DNA of 63,709 nt, counting the filler, from Choristocarpus tenellus KU-1152 (Eukaryota; Protista; Phaeophyceae), in the NCBI GenBank assembly GCA_964200185.2. It is 8 parts of 8 records of this genome, joined end to end, with 100 filler letters (N's around TTAATTAATTAA, not from the genome) between each part and the next. Parts side by side here need not be neighbours in the genome. Positions count along the whole stretch, not along the records: positions 25,271 to 29,508 come from CAXNAD020015545.1; positions 29,609 to 44,627 come from CAXNAD020001076.1; 6 more parts are not named here. One strand, given 5' to 3'. A program made the translations under genes and the position numbers. The notes below the pieces were generated by a model. It made no database searches. It had not been told where the DNA came from and worked only from the letters and a program-made list of their open reading frames with translations. Shown one piece after another: positions 26,796 to 38,389 of the stretch. Each line of letters begins with the position of its first letter. Position 1 is the stretch's first letter.

Positions 26796-27260
26796 TTCTT
26801 TCGTGTATTACATACATCAATTCTATCCCTATCAACCAAAACATCCTCAAGTACTCCTGTAAATTCTATAACAGTATGCACCACGCCCGCGTATGTGTGT
26901 GTGCACGCGCGCGAGTGTATTTCGCACACCAATTCCATCCCTATCCGCTGAAACAAACAAAAACACTTAGTACCCCCCACGACTACAAATTCTACAATAC
27001 TCGTTCTACCACATGTCTATGTGCATGGTTGACATTAATTCATGTTTGTGGCAGTAGGAGCCTGGGCACAGTTAGTGTAAACACCACGCCATATGCTACA
27101 ACATATCTTCAACATGGGCATAATTGATTTTTGTAAGAGCGACCCAAATGTGCACTTATCCTGCCATGACACCAACAGGAGATACCCTCAATTACTCCTG
27201 ACAGTTGCACACTGCATGCACCGTACCCGTGTGTCTCTGTGTGTGTGTGCCCGCGCACCT
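26550..27260 (+). repeat. Diverged nested direct repeats with (GT)n tracts upstream of the mariner relic
   Basis: The block GTTGACATT...AGTAGGAGCCT...CACTTATC.TGCCATG recurs ~470 bp apart. The module ACTCCTG...ATGCACC...(GT)n occurs three times (~26722, ~26853, ~27193). Confidence 0.7.
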
Positions 27261-27529
27261 CCTGCACACTTTAGATTAGGCACAACTCCAGCACCAATAG
27301 TACACGCACTGAAAAACATACTTTGTATACCCAAGTGTCCTGTTGTTTGGTACTGCATGTATACGTCCTGTCCTTTATATATACGGTCCTACCCTTCATA
27401 TGTTTTGTGTTTCCTCTGTTTACTGTCCACATTCACCATTGGTGATACCATCCTCACGTGCAACCAAATTAGCTCCTCTGTTACTTTTTCTTCTAGCTTG
27501 TCCACGCACCCCAAGGACAAGAATCTTTG

Positions 27530-29070
27530 CACTAGAGAGTGCAGACAAAAAGACTTTCCAGATGCAGATAGGGAGCTCTACCTGTCCTCACATTGCATAT
27601 GGACGAACCTGCCAATTTCAAGGGCCTGTTTACTGCAGGGGATGCATTTGGAAGTTGGAGGAGCCGTATATTCAAAGGACCTGCACAAAATCTCCTCCCA
27701 CATACACACAGATTGGGAGACTGCCCACCACATGCTCTCAACTGCGTGCTGGACTCGACCATCAACATGATCTTGAACAGGCACGCGGCGGTGGAGGACT
27801 GCATCAGATCCAGATACCCTCTTCCATCACGTGAGTCATGCCAGTGGTATGCTGTGAAGATTTCCCCTCTCTTCAAAACACTTCACTTTCCTTCCATGAC
27901 TGCTTTTAAATGTATGTAGAGAGCAGGACATATGGATGTATGCTGGTACCCCTCGCATGTATGACTTCTGATTCATGTGATCTTGTCTTGCATAGATTTC
28001 ATGTTCTATTTAATACTACTAATAATTTTGCTGATCTTCGAACTCTTTGGCATTGAAATGTGCCTTTTCTAGATTATAACACCGATAACAAAACGACATG
28101 GTGGATATATGCTCATTACCAAGGGTAGCCGTCACAATATTTTATATTCTTCATTTTGTGCACTTCTAAATTTATGGATACAATACAACCGATGCCTCTC
28201 CGTACACCATTGTCATGCTATTTTGTCGTTTAACAGCCGATTTCAAAAATTGAGGATGGAGCTTTTCATTGAGGATGGGCTTGACCCAAAATTGACTGGG
28301 ATAAAGTGGTTTTGCATCCTCAAAAATAGGCAGGTGTGTACCTGCACTCCACTGAGGACCCCTCCAAACTCCCACAGGCACAGAATAAACTTTGCATTAC
28401 GAAGGTGATACTCCTTGCAGCTATGGTCCCCCCTAGGAAGCTCTTCAATGGGGTATGGTTCGATGCCAAAATCGGGATTTGACCACTAAGGTCGCTTGGT
28501 GGTGCAGTAAACACTGCTCCAAGGGCACCTAGGTGCTTGTGACAGCTGTGGTGGACCGGGAGAAGTATAAGAAACTCATAGTTGAGGTTGCCATCCCAGT
28601 AATCAAGACCCACATGCATAAATCAGAAGGACACACCATCTTTGTGCAGCAGAACGGAGTAAAGCCACACACCAAGGGGGGGATCATGGAGGCAATCGAG
28701 GAGGTGGCGGGGGACGACATTGTTATAGAGACCCAGCCAACCTCAATCAATGTCAACGACCTAGGATTTTTTCATTCCATCCAGCAAAAGAAGGAAGACG
28801 TGGGAGTAACCAACACAGAAGAGGTTGTGTAGACCACTATGGAGGCGCTTTTCGATGCGTACCACTGGGAGACACTAGAGTACGTCTGGCATAGCCTCTT
28901 TGCAGTACATGGTGAAGTGCTGGGGTTCAAGGGTGACAGCGTCTAAAGAAATTTCCCTCTTAGCAAGAAAAGGGTGAGAAGGTGGGCAAGCTCTCCCTGA
29001 CTGCCCTGGTGGATGCGGCGAAATACTGTGCTGGAATGGAGATTAAGAGGGCTTCAGGGACGGAATCATA
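27530..29070 (+). pseudogene. Degenerate Tc1/mariner (DD39D-like, plant/oomycete-type MLE) transposase
   Basis: Frameshifted fragments occur in the expected order: N-terminal HTH-like (DADRELYL...GLFTAGDAFGSWRSRIFK), then IKWFCI (cf. DEKWF), KVILLAAMVPPR...WFDAKIGI*P, IFVQQNGVKPH (cf. QQDNAKPH) and QPTSINVNDLGFFHSIQ (cf. QPPNSPDLNVNDLGFF). Stops are present and catalytic residues are mutated. Confidence 0.85.
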
Positions 29071-29379
29071 GATCGGTTGAGGCTGCCCCCTTTTGTTTGA
29101 GTTTCTTGTGGGCAACCTTTCAGTGTCTAAACAATACACCCAAAAATATGAACATGTGAATAAAACCTTGCTTCATAATCGAGTCCGCAAAAGCTATGTT
29201 ACATGTCACATCAAGTGGAGTCGACGTAACACATAAATCATACTCCGTATTACACAATACATACATATATACATGCTGTATGTCGTGCATCTGCCAGTTT
29301 TGACCATTGACATCTGCACAAAGATATATTATCCTTCTCATCCTCATCAACAGGACACCTACTACGTATGAATGTATCT

Positions 29380-29508
29380 GGGTCAAAGTATCTGGGGGGG
29401 GGGGTCGGCGTTCGTTTTTCACCCTTTTTTCGCTTTTCACTTTTTTTGGTGTGATTTGGTCGCCCGTGTCGGATTTGAAATGTCAGCAAAAAAAAGAGTT
29501 GTTTGATC
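29380..29508 (-). mobile_element. MITE family C, cut by gap
   Basis: GGGTCAAAGTATCTG(G)n, reverse-complement homologous to 50385-50511. Confidence 0.85.
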
Positions 29509-31219
29509 NNNNNNNNNNNNNNNNNNNNNNNNNNNNNNNNNNNNNNNNNNNNTTAATTAATTAANNNNNNNNNNNNNNNNNNNNNNNNNNNNNNNNNNNN
29601 NNNNNNNNAGGAAGGGGGGGGCTGAAACACGGTAAGAGTGTGATGAGCACAATGAGAATAAAGCAAAAGCACTCCCTCCCTCCCACTCCTCCCGCCTCTA
29701 ATACTTCTCTTCACCTGCTTCTGCAACTTGAAACCCTAACCCTTGCTTATACAGTGGAAATCCCTGGGAACACTTGGCAACACATGTGATACACTACCTT
29801 GCAACACTTGCAGTGTGTACAGCACCTACACCAACAAAATGAGAGGGTAGAAGGTTCTAGAAGGTTCTACTATGTTCCTGAAATCACACCCAAGTTAAAA
29901 AAAAACCTCCCTTGCCCCATCACTCTAATGGCTACACAAAAAAGTGTCTTGGCAGGAATGGAATCAACAGACTTACTTACAGAAAATAACCACTTCTAAC
30001 AGATGAACGAACTTCTTGACTTGAGTGCTTGGTATACTGAAACAGAACGGAGAACAAGAACAATAAACAATAAAAATGTTCAACATGCAATTCTCACTCA
30101 AAGAGATAAATGTGTTGATTGGATTGGTTGAAGGATACTTCCAGTTACCACTGAATTGACCAAAAAACAACACCCATAGCAAAACAATACCTTATCATGT
30201 TCTTACTTGTACATTCACAAATCCGCAATCCATACACCACTCAAGTATTTCACTCTTACTTCTACTCTCACCATCATTGCCAAGGAAGGAAACTGTCATA
30301 TCACCCCAAGAATCTCAGCCCTAATGAGTAGGGGTTACTGCAGAAGTTAAGATAGGCATTCTTTACACAAATGAGAGGATCAAGATCAGGCCATTCCTCA
30401 TCTCTTATGACATTCATTCACTCCAATTAGCACACATGCTAACCCTAACCCTGACACTATGCATACTATGGTACAGAGTGTATACTCTGTTTTGGCTGCA
30501 GGGTAGGGGTACAGTATTCAGCTTGGTGAAAATTTCAGAAATTGTAGTGAAATCAGAGAGTAAATACCCACCCAGAGGCGTTGCTGAAAAATCGAGTCTT
30601 GGTACAGTTTGGTGTTTAAATAAATGAAAATAGTAAGGCGTTAAAATCAAAAACAGCAATGAAGTGCCAGCAAATTGATGGTACATTCAACACAAAAAGG
30701 TGCTTGGATGCCACCACCAATGACACCTCCACTGAGGTACATTTTGCCTGGTTCCAATACAAGTATCCAAATACAAAATGAATGTGTTTAGAATGATATA
30801 ATGTGTTCCAATACACGTGGTCGAAAATCTCATTTTTTGGACGATACAAATAATGACATAATCCACTCCACTGTCTTGCAAAGGCTGTTCAAAATGCATT
30901 GCATCAATAAGACATGTAGCAGCTCAAAGACATGACACTTCACAAACCAAATTAACCTCTCACAAAAGCAACATTTTATAATCAAAAGCCTAACAAACTT
31001 GCACACATCTCACTCAAACCACACAATCCAGTGTTCAAAAAATGCCATTGCAATATATACAAAACTAAAGTGTAAAAAGGCATAATTGATGGGGCACAAG
31101 AAGCATAGCTCACTCCACATGCAACACCAATCTATTGGCAAAATTCAGCATATTATTCCTTCTAATCTCGAGTTTGGGGTTGTAACTATGTGGCAAGAAA
31201 CAAGGCAAACAAAACTCAC

Positions 31220-32359
31220 CAATTGCGTCACTTCCAATCTTCCCACAAATTTCTTCAAGGGCTTGTTCCTCCAATCGCCTCTTGTCCTCCTTACTTACCC
31301 CCTGGTGCGGAGCAATGTCCCCTGCCAACGCCTCTGCTAGGTCGTGAACAACTGCCAGCTTCATTATTCGTGAGCTTCACAACAAATGAGCACAGACAGA
31401 GTGGGAAGTTTGTGGTACAGATGTTGAGGCACAAAAACTCGTATCACATACATTGAACAATATTTTTCTTCCCTTTTAGGTTCTAGCAACACAGCTTTAA
31501 TAAACGATCGTGGATTCCTTACATGCGAAATAGCAGCACATCCTGCATGGTCGTGTTTCATGCCGTTACGTCCTGGATCGCATTGCATTGCCATGTATGG
31601 TCTACGAACCTATATGCAATGCCCAGCTAGAAAGGAACACCAACTCACCGATCCAGGGTGGGATCAGTGATCAAGAACGAGGCTGCAGCCATGCGGTACA
31701 TGTGGTCCGAAACAGACCTGTGGCAAGGGATTGATATTTGTAGCACACGTGAATGCCACACTGACATAATGCGGAGTGCATTGACGAAGGTCTAGAGAGA
31801 ATTAGAAATGTACCGACCATTGTAGGGTCAACAAGCAATGATCGGTATGGTTTGCTGCGACCAGGTGGTGTAGGGAATTGCGGAGATCGGAAGAACGTAC
31901 TCTGGCAAGGCAACACCTCGGTGAACCCATCCGGTCCTCTTCAGCTCCTTTAGTTTGCCCACAACACGAAGAAAGGCGAGGGCGTTTGAAGGCCCTGGCA
32001 TAGCGCAAGGATCAACACCTAGAGAAGGGCGTGGTAGTAGGACGACAAGGGAACAAACTGGATGGGTCCATTGGCGACGATAATACGGAATTTCTCTGTA
32101 AGAAATGAGATAACGTCGAGATCTGAGGTGAATCCTTGTCCATAAGCTTGCCCTGCATCTTTAGTACACGTTCAGGGAAGTGTGTGGACGAAGCATTGCC
32201 GTCTGGTACTGTGTGATCTCCGCTTTCCATCTCTTTGGTAACCCACGGGGAGACTTTACAAATCCTGAAAGAAATACCAGGCACGAAAGCAGGAAGTCCG
32301 GTAGATAAGGACAATATAGCCCAAAGATGAAGTACCACTCCCAAGTGTGTGCATCCCAT
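31220..32359 (-). CDS. HDDC2: HD-domain 5'-deoxynucleotidase-like protein (HDDC2/YfbR family), 5' exons; C-terminal exons not found in this contig
   Basis: Exons 32359-32152 (presequence, GC donor), 32018-31901 (FLRVVGKLKELKRTGWVHRGVALPE), 31717-31649 (SVSDHMYRMA) and 31374-31220 (IMKLAVVHDLAEALAGDIAPHQGVSKEDKRRLEEQA). These carry the diagnostic RTGW, ESVxDHMYRM and HDLAE...GDI motifs. Confidence 0.92.
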
Positions 32360-32734
32360 TTATGTGTCATGTGGTGAGAGTATAGATGACAATTTATTTC
32401 AAGTGTTGATTGTTTTATTCTATTGGATACGATTTCTCAAAATTATGAGGAGGCATTATCAACAATAGTATGAATTACCACAGAATGAACTCATCCAATT
32501 ACGAGATTATTCCTACCTTCTATACGACCAAGGACAACAATAGTTGATGCCACAGGCAACAGAAGAATCTAGGTAGGATCCTACTTAGTGGCTGGAGTGG
32601 ACTGTGAGAGGAGGTCAATTTTATTCGAGTTTAAAGGGAGGTTTGATTGTTGCCGAGTTGCCTCTCCCCTCCAAAAATCTATTGACGGTGGTAGTCGGGT
32701 AAGGTTTTCGGGATGTTTCTCATCCCAAATTTGA
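32360..32734. promoter_or_regulatory. Putative bidirectional promoter between the HDDC2-like and RING-H2 genes
   Basis: Only 375 bp separate the two divergent predicted ATGs. This is a positional inference only. Confidence 0.45.
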
Positions 32735-35700
32735 ATGGCATGTAGTACCATCTGCTCAAATGCTCCATTTTGGATGTCGTGCCGCCTCTCCCAATCCGTG
32801 CTGTTTCTCTTCTTCGATGCTCTTCCCGTACATACTTATAAACCCTTTCATGCAGCCAAGGCTATGAGGAAGGAGAGGATTGCCAAGGACGTGGTGTCAA
32901 GAGAACTCGTTGACACCGAAGGCTATGAGCTAGAAAATTCATCAGCGCTCGTGGTGTCAGAAAATTCCGATGGAGGATTGGGAGAAATCCGCAATATCTC
33001 TAGTTCGTGCGATAAATTCGTTTGTTCAAATTGTGTCGAGGATGTTGCCTGTGTGTGGTGTGGGGGAATAAGAAGCGGACAATGCCAGCCGGAGTCTGCT
33101 GCTTGCAGCAAAGATATTGCCGCTGGAAGTGGAGATTGCCCCGACGTGGAGACATTGGTGGGTCCATCGCTCGTCGTTTTGTCTAGTTGTGATCATACTG
33201 TCACAGTAAACAACCGTAGTGTGGCTAGCCGAATTTCGCTTTTGAGGGTGACATAGAGTGGCCTGGTTGACCGCTGAAAGCCAGTACCGGTAATTATATG
33301 CTCTCCTGAAGTGTGAATTGTACAATTGGCACAATTTCCTATGTCTTGTGCATCTTATTCCCTCCAACTGATCGACAACCATAGATTACAACAGGAGATT
33401 GTGTATGAACTATGCTCCGTACTTCATCAGAATGATCCATCACATTTATCATGTGCCACCATACGGCAGTCTTATTTCGTAAAAGATATGTTTTCTTGTC
33501 TTTGAATAACCGCATTATCATGTCGTATTATCATATCACCGCTGTCATGCCTCGACTATTGCAGTTTATCCTGGTCAGTGTCTTGGGGATACTTGCTGGA
33601 GCCATTGGATTGGGTATTGTGCTTAATCTTGTCAGCCGTTATCAGAGGAACAGGAAGAAAAGAAAAATGAAAGCTATTATTGTTGCTCTTCCGTCCTATG
33701 CCTTCCGTAGCACCACTGTCGCACCTGTGCAAGCATCTCCAACCATGGCACTGATTGAGGGTCCTGGCAGTGGAGGTGGGGTTTGTAACATGTGCATTTC
33801 TTTGTGGTGAACAGGGGCATTGGTATTGACTGCAAACGCTGCAGCAATTGTCTTTATTGCTGTATATTTAATCTCCTGGTGCACATGCCCAATAGTGGTA
33901 GAGCAGTAGTGCAGTTTGTCTCATCATGTCTAGAGTTGTAGGATCCTATGAGATACTGTTGCCTTTTGCATGGCATTCCACAAATTTTATTTTTCAATGA
34001 TTTCATTTTGCGATCTCACGCCAGGATTAATCAGGGATAGGATATAAGTTTGCTTGCAGACCAAGAGTTGTGCCATGAGAAAACGCAGGAATCATCTGTT
34101 TTGGTTGTACTGTATTATGCTATAATGCTTGGGTTAGCATTCGGGTCATGATTAGACCTCTATCACTTTGGCTTATGCTGAGTGAGCATCACCCCCACAT
34201 ACTCTCTCGCTTTTTGCTCATAATCCATATTGGGGCCTTGCCTCAATTCTGTTCTCGAGAATGATACTTTGGATATGGTTTCGACCATGTTGTTGGTGGC
34301 TTAGTGATGCTCTATGTTCATACTGTATGGCTGAATGATTCTATGCTATGGAAGGCATCCGATGCGAGGAGGACAGGGATCAGACTGTTACTGTGGAGGA
34401 GAAAGCTAAGGCTGTTGGCGAAGAAGAGGAGGGCACCAAGGTCACTCTTGGTTTAAGGGGAGACTCTTCTTCCTGCGCAATTTGCATGACGGATTATGCT
34501 GCACCTGAGGTGGTGAGTGAGTCCGTGGCAACAGAGTACCGCCTGTGTCATTGTATCATATGGTCTGCTACAGTGCATTTTATGGACGTGGCTATGTCTG
34601 TGCAATTTCCTATCTACAGGTGGTGAGTGCTGCAGATGCAGGATAGACTCTACCGAGGTAGTTAATCTCATTCATTCACACCGATTTGTGATTGATACTT
34701 TCAAGAGGGCATGCTGCTGAAGCATTGCACGCTTTCTTCCATGTCCATCTATGCTCATGACAAGTGGGCTGCCTCTGTTCCTTCTTTAGTGTAGACTGCT
34801 CTTCCTTAGCATGATGCATGATGTTAGCATGATACATGATATTAGCATGATACTGTCTCGCAGTCTCCTTCGATCCCTAATCTTCATCCTGTGCAGTTGA
34901 GGGTTAGGGTTAGGTTTTAATCATGTGTGCCTATCTTGTTGGAGGTTTTGCTAGACTGTAACACCATTGGCACTCTGGGTTTCTTGTGTTGAAAATGATT
35001 CATCTCATGCCAATGGATGTTTCCCTTCCTTGCCTTATAGTGTTGGAGCAGTAACTTTCACCTTCATAATATTCAAGACTCACTAGTATGTGTGTATTTA
35101 TATCTTAGAATTGTGTAAAGCACAGGAGAGAAGCTGGCTCTATTCATGTGGGAAGAAATACTCTTACTATTTGCTATTCTGGTGTTGTGCTTGTGAAAGG
35201 AAAGGTCTTCTGTTTGTCATGTGATATTTGATGGTATGAATCATCATGACAGTGCAATAGCAGCAATAATCACAACACAGCACAGTGTCCACGATGTTTC
35301 ACATTCAAGGTATACCCTGATGCCTTTTTATTATTTGCTAGGTGAACCAAGGACCAAGATGAATTCCGATTTCCTTTAATCTGTATTTGTAGTAGTTGCC
35401 TATCAAGTGGCAAGTGAGCAGGTTACCCAAAGGTTAGGGTTGGTCTACCTTGATCCTCTATCATGAATGCACTCAATCCCAGAGTTCGTTATGTTGTGAT
35501 CTTCAGGCTATTCTGTAATCCCCACTAAAAAGAAAATAATTAGTAGTTCAGAGCTAGTCGTTCAGCTATGGTATCAGTTAGTGTCTGTTTTGTCCTCACA
35601 ACGTAGAAGTATAATGCCATTCACAAAGCCATTTTATCCCAGCAGTATTCAACCATGAATCTTGATGCACTCCCCTGCTCTCAAGGGGCAGGGGGATGAA

Positions 35701-38389
35701 GGTCAATTTAAGTACACACTCACACCATACTAGAAATCCTAACCCTAACCCTAACCTAGAAGTCTCATTCCAACTGCATAATTGGTCCTAGCATGAAAAT
35801 TCAATTCACACTGTGGCAGTCCCTTGTTAAAAAAAATATTCGTGGTCTCTTGTCTTAACATGCCTAATCTAACCCTAACCCTAACCTCCCCGTCCTTTGT
35901 CAGTTGCATTATGTAGTGGTACGTTGCATCTCTTTGCTTGGTTCTGGTTTTATCTCTGGGTGTTGCAGTTTGCATTAGGGTCAGTTGCGGCGTTATTAGC
36001 ACTAATTAGAGTCACACCATAATTTTTCTATCATTACTCAATGTCGAACTCAAGAAATATTTGTATCTCCTGAAGGCACATTACCTCCTACTGAAATCAC
36101 TCAAGGGCACATACTTGACCTCTGTGGTTGACAATGTAACTGTCAGTGGCATCCTTGACTGCTCCATTGCACACTCATGTACCTACACATCACCACACAC
36201 CCGGGTACTGAAAACCTAGTAGTAAAATTATTGGTATAGTCAAAACCCGCTTAGCCAATAAAAGTACGTCTTGGTACTGTGCCGAAGTATGAAGAAAATT
36301 CTAAACGCCACTCCTCTCTCGCTTGTTCCAACAGACGCCCAATCACCCTCTCTGCTTACTTCCAATCTGATAGTATGGGACGGATACAATCCCTTCCAAC
36401 AGACGATGCATGCACTGCAGGCGCCACATTGGATGGTCGTACCATGATGGATACCAACGTCAATCCACAAATGATCGGCCTGTATCCTGACCCTAACCCT
36501 AAGCCAATCTTGGCATTGCAATTGCTGGTTTGTTGAATGTATTTGTTCTAACCCTAACCCTAACCCTAACCTCCACATCTTGCTGCTGGTCAAGAGACAC
36601 CGTTCCACGCACCTGATCTGTATTTGTTCTAACCCTAACCCTACATCTACTTGAAGAAAAGGGATTAATTCAATTTCACTCTCACTCTCCTACATTCGTT
36701 GGAGTATCCGCTGGTTTTTGTTGGATTATTCCAATCCAATCCCAGTTACAGCAGAAGAGTCCACTAAGAACAGGTTACGGTTCCTTAGGTGTTGTACTTT
36801 GATGTGCAAGGACTTTGCAGCTGTCCCCATTGTCCCATCAAATCCTGTCACTCCCTCAAATAATTCCACATACATGTCCACAGAAGAAGTCATGTTCAAA
36901 CAGCATCCCAATGATCTAGGTTCCTCAGATGGCCCCAGGGTGTATGGTGTATGGTGTATGTTATGTTTCCGAGCAGAACAGCACCCTTGACATTTGCACA
37001 CTCTCCTGTTGTTCAAGTTGTTTAACAAGGCTATCCCCATCAATTCCCAACACATCTTGGTCTTGGTCGCCCACAGTTCCTCCACATTTGCCTTCATCAC
37101 TTTCCTCTTGATCTTTATCCATCCTCAAATCATTATTAGCCCAAGAGTCAACATTGAGAGATGTGGTGAGCTCCTTGAAAGATCACTTGCACCTTAACCC
37201 CACATTGGCTCCCGGGTGAAACCCCTCCTTGTAACAAGTAGTCCAGGATATCCATGCCAAACCTTACGTATTCCTACTTTCAAAAACATGACCCAACCCC
37301 CAATACTATGCATCTAATCTGACAAGTTCCCTAATTTCTAAAGTGCAGTACATCACCACATCACCTTAACTTATCTGCTCCAAGTAGATGTCAGTTCTAA
37401 ACCAATGTGTGGCACCATCAAATTGTGATGTATTTTGATGTCAGGTCAAGGTACTACCTTGCGGTCACAACTTTCATTCCTCGTGTCTGGAACCATGGCT
37501 CATGGACAAAGCAATCTGCCCATTGTGTAAGGTAAGCACAAGACATTCTACTTGCAGCAGAGTAAAGTGTGTGATTTTTTAGTGAAATGTTGAGTGTCTG
37601 GGTACATTTGAGGGGTTTGTACTTTGGAAAAGAAAGGCTGAATAAGATGTAACATGTACTTAGTTAAAAAAGAGTATTCTACAATGAAAATACCACCGAT
37701 AGTGTCCAGGCCGTCTTGCAGTCTTTGGGCCAGCTCAATAGTTCTATATATTGCTGTAGAGTGCTCTGGGTTGCTCCAGGGCATCTTAGGAAGTACTCCA
37801 TTGGAGGCTAGTTTTTGTGCCACGTTTTCATCATGATTTTGGACCCATCTTTGGTCTGGCATACGTGACTGAAGATATTAGTAGATAATTTTGGTATTGG
37901 AGTTGTGTGCTTCTTGATTTAGTGACTGGTATCTACTTGCCTTCTTTTCAAAGGATATTTTGTGAGAGTTCCTAAGGAATGGATTGATTCTTGGCTGATC
38001 AAACATGTCCCAACGGTGCGTGTGCAAAGGTGTCAAGTGTCTAAGGTAAGAGATCATGTATTATGTACTGTGAGATAGACCGCTTGCCAAACATGCCACA
38101 ATCCATGTAGGGTACAAGACGTTGTACCTTTTTTACAGAGGGAAGCTCCCGCGTTGACTCTAGCTGTGCCAACAAGGAAGAGTTCAGGACATGGAGAAAT
38201 CAATGTTGGTGGGGAAATCTGTTATTTATTTTTTTTAAGTTGTGATGTACCATGAACCACTACGCAAGCAGTACTCGGGGTTGTTGTACAGGAGAGGCAC
38301 CATAGGCTTCTGAGAACTTGTTAAAAAGATAGATGACACCTGTTTTGTTTTGTTTTTGACTGCAGGAATCCCTGCTTCCGGATCATTAG
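32735..38389 (+). CDS. Membrane-anchored RING-H2 E3 ubiquitin ligase with Cys-rich PSI-like ectodomain
   Basis: Exons 32735-33157 (CSNCVEDVACVWCGG...C, PSI-like), 33565-33775 (TM FILVSVLGILAGAIGLGIVLNLV followed by basic RKKRK), 34355-34512 (CAICMTDYAAPEV), 37445-37531 (VKVLPCGHNFHSSCLEPWLMDKAICPLCK) and 38366-38389 (ESLLPDH*). The C3H2C3 RING is complete. The start codon is uncertain. Confidence 0.88.
35738..36643 (+). repeat. Cluster of interstitial telomeric (CCCTAA)n tracts in a RING gene intron
   Basis: Tracts at 35738-35756, 35869-35886, 36490-36502, 36548-36571 and 36629-36643. Confidence 0.9.

Noticed and set aside
27480-27919. Possible Fanzor/TnpB RuvC remnant next to the transposase (HAP...MDE...SRIFK...INM)
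   Set aside because: It lacks the Zn-finger cysteines and the RDxNA motif. The segment fits better as the mariner transposase N-terminus.
35738-36643. True telomere or chromosome fusion point
   Set aside because: The tracts are only 2-4 units, are not in a head-to-head array, and lie inside an intron of an intact gene.
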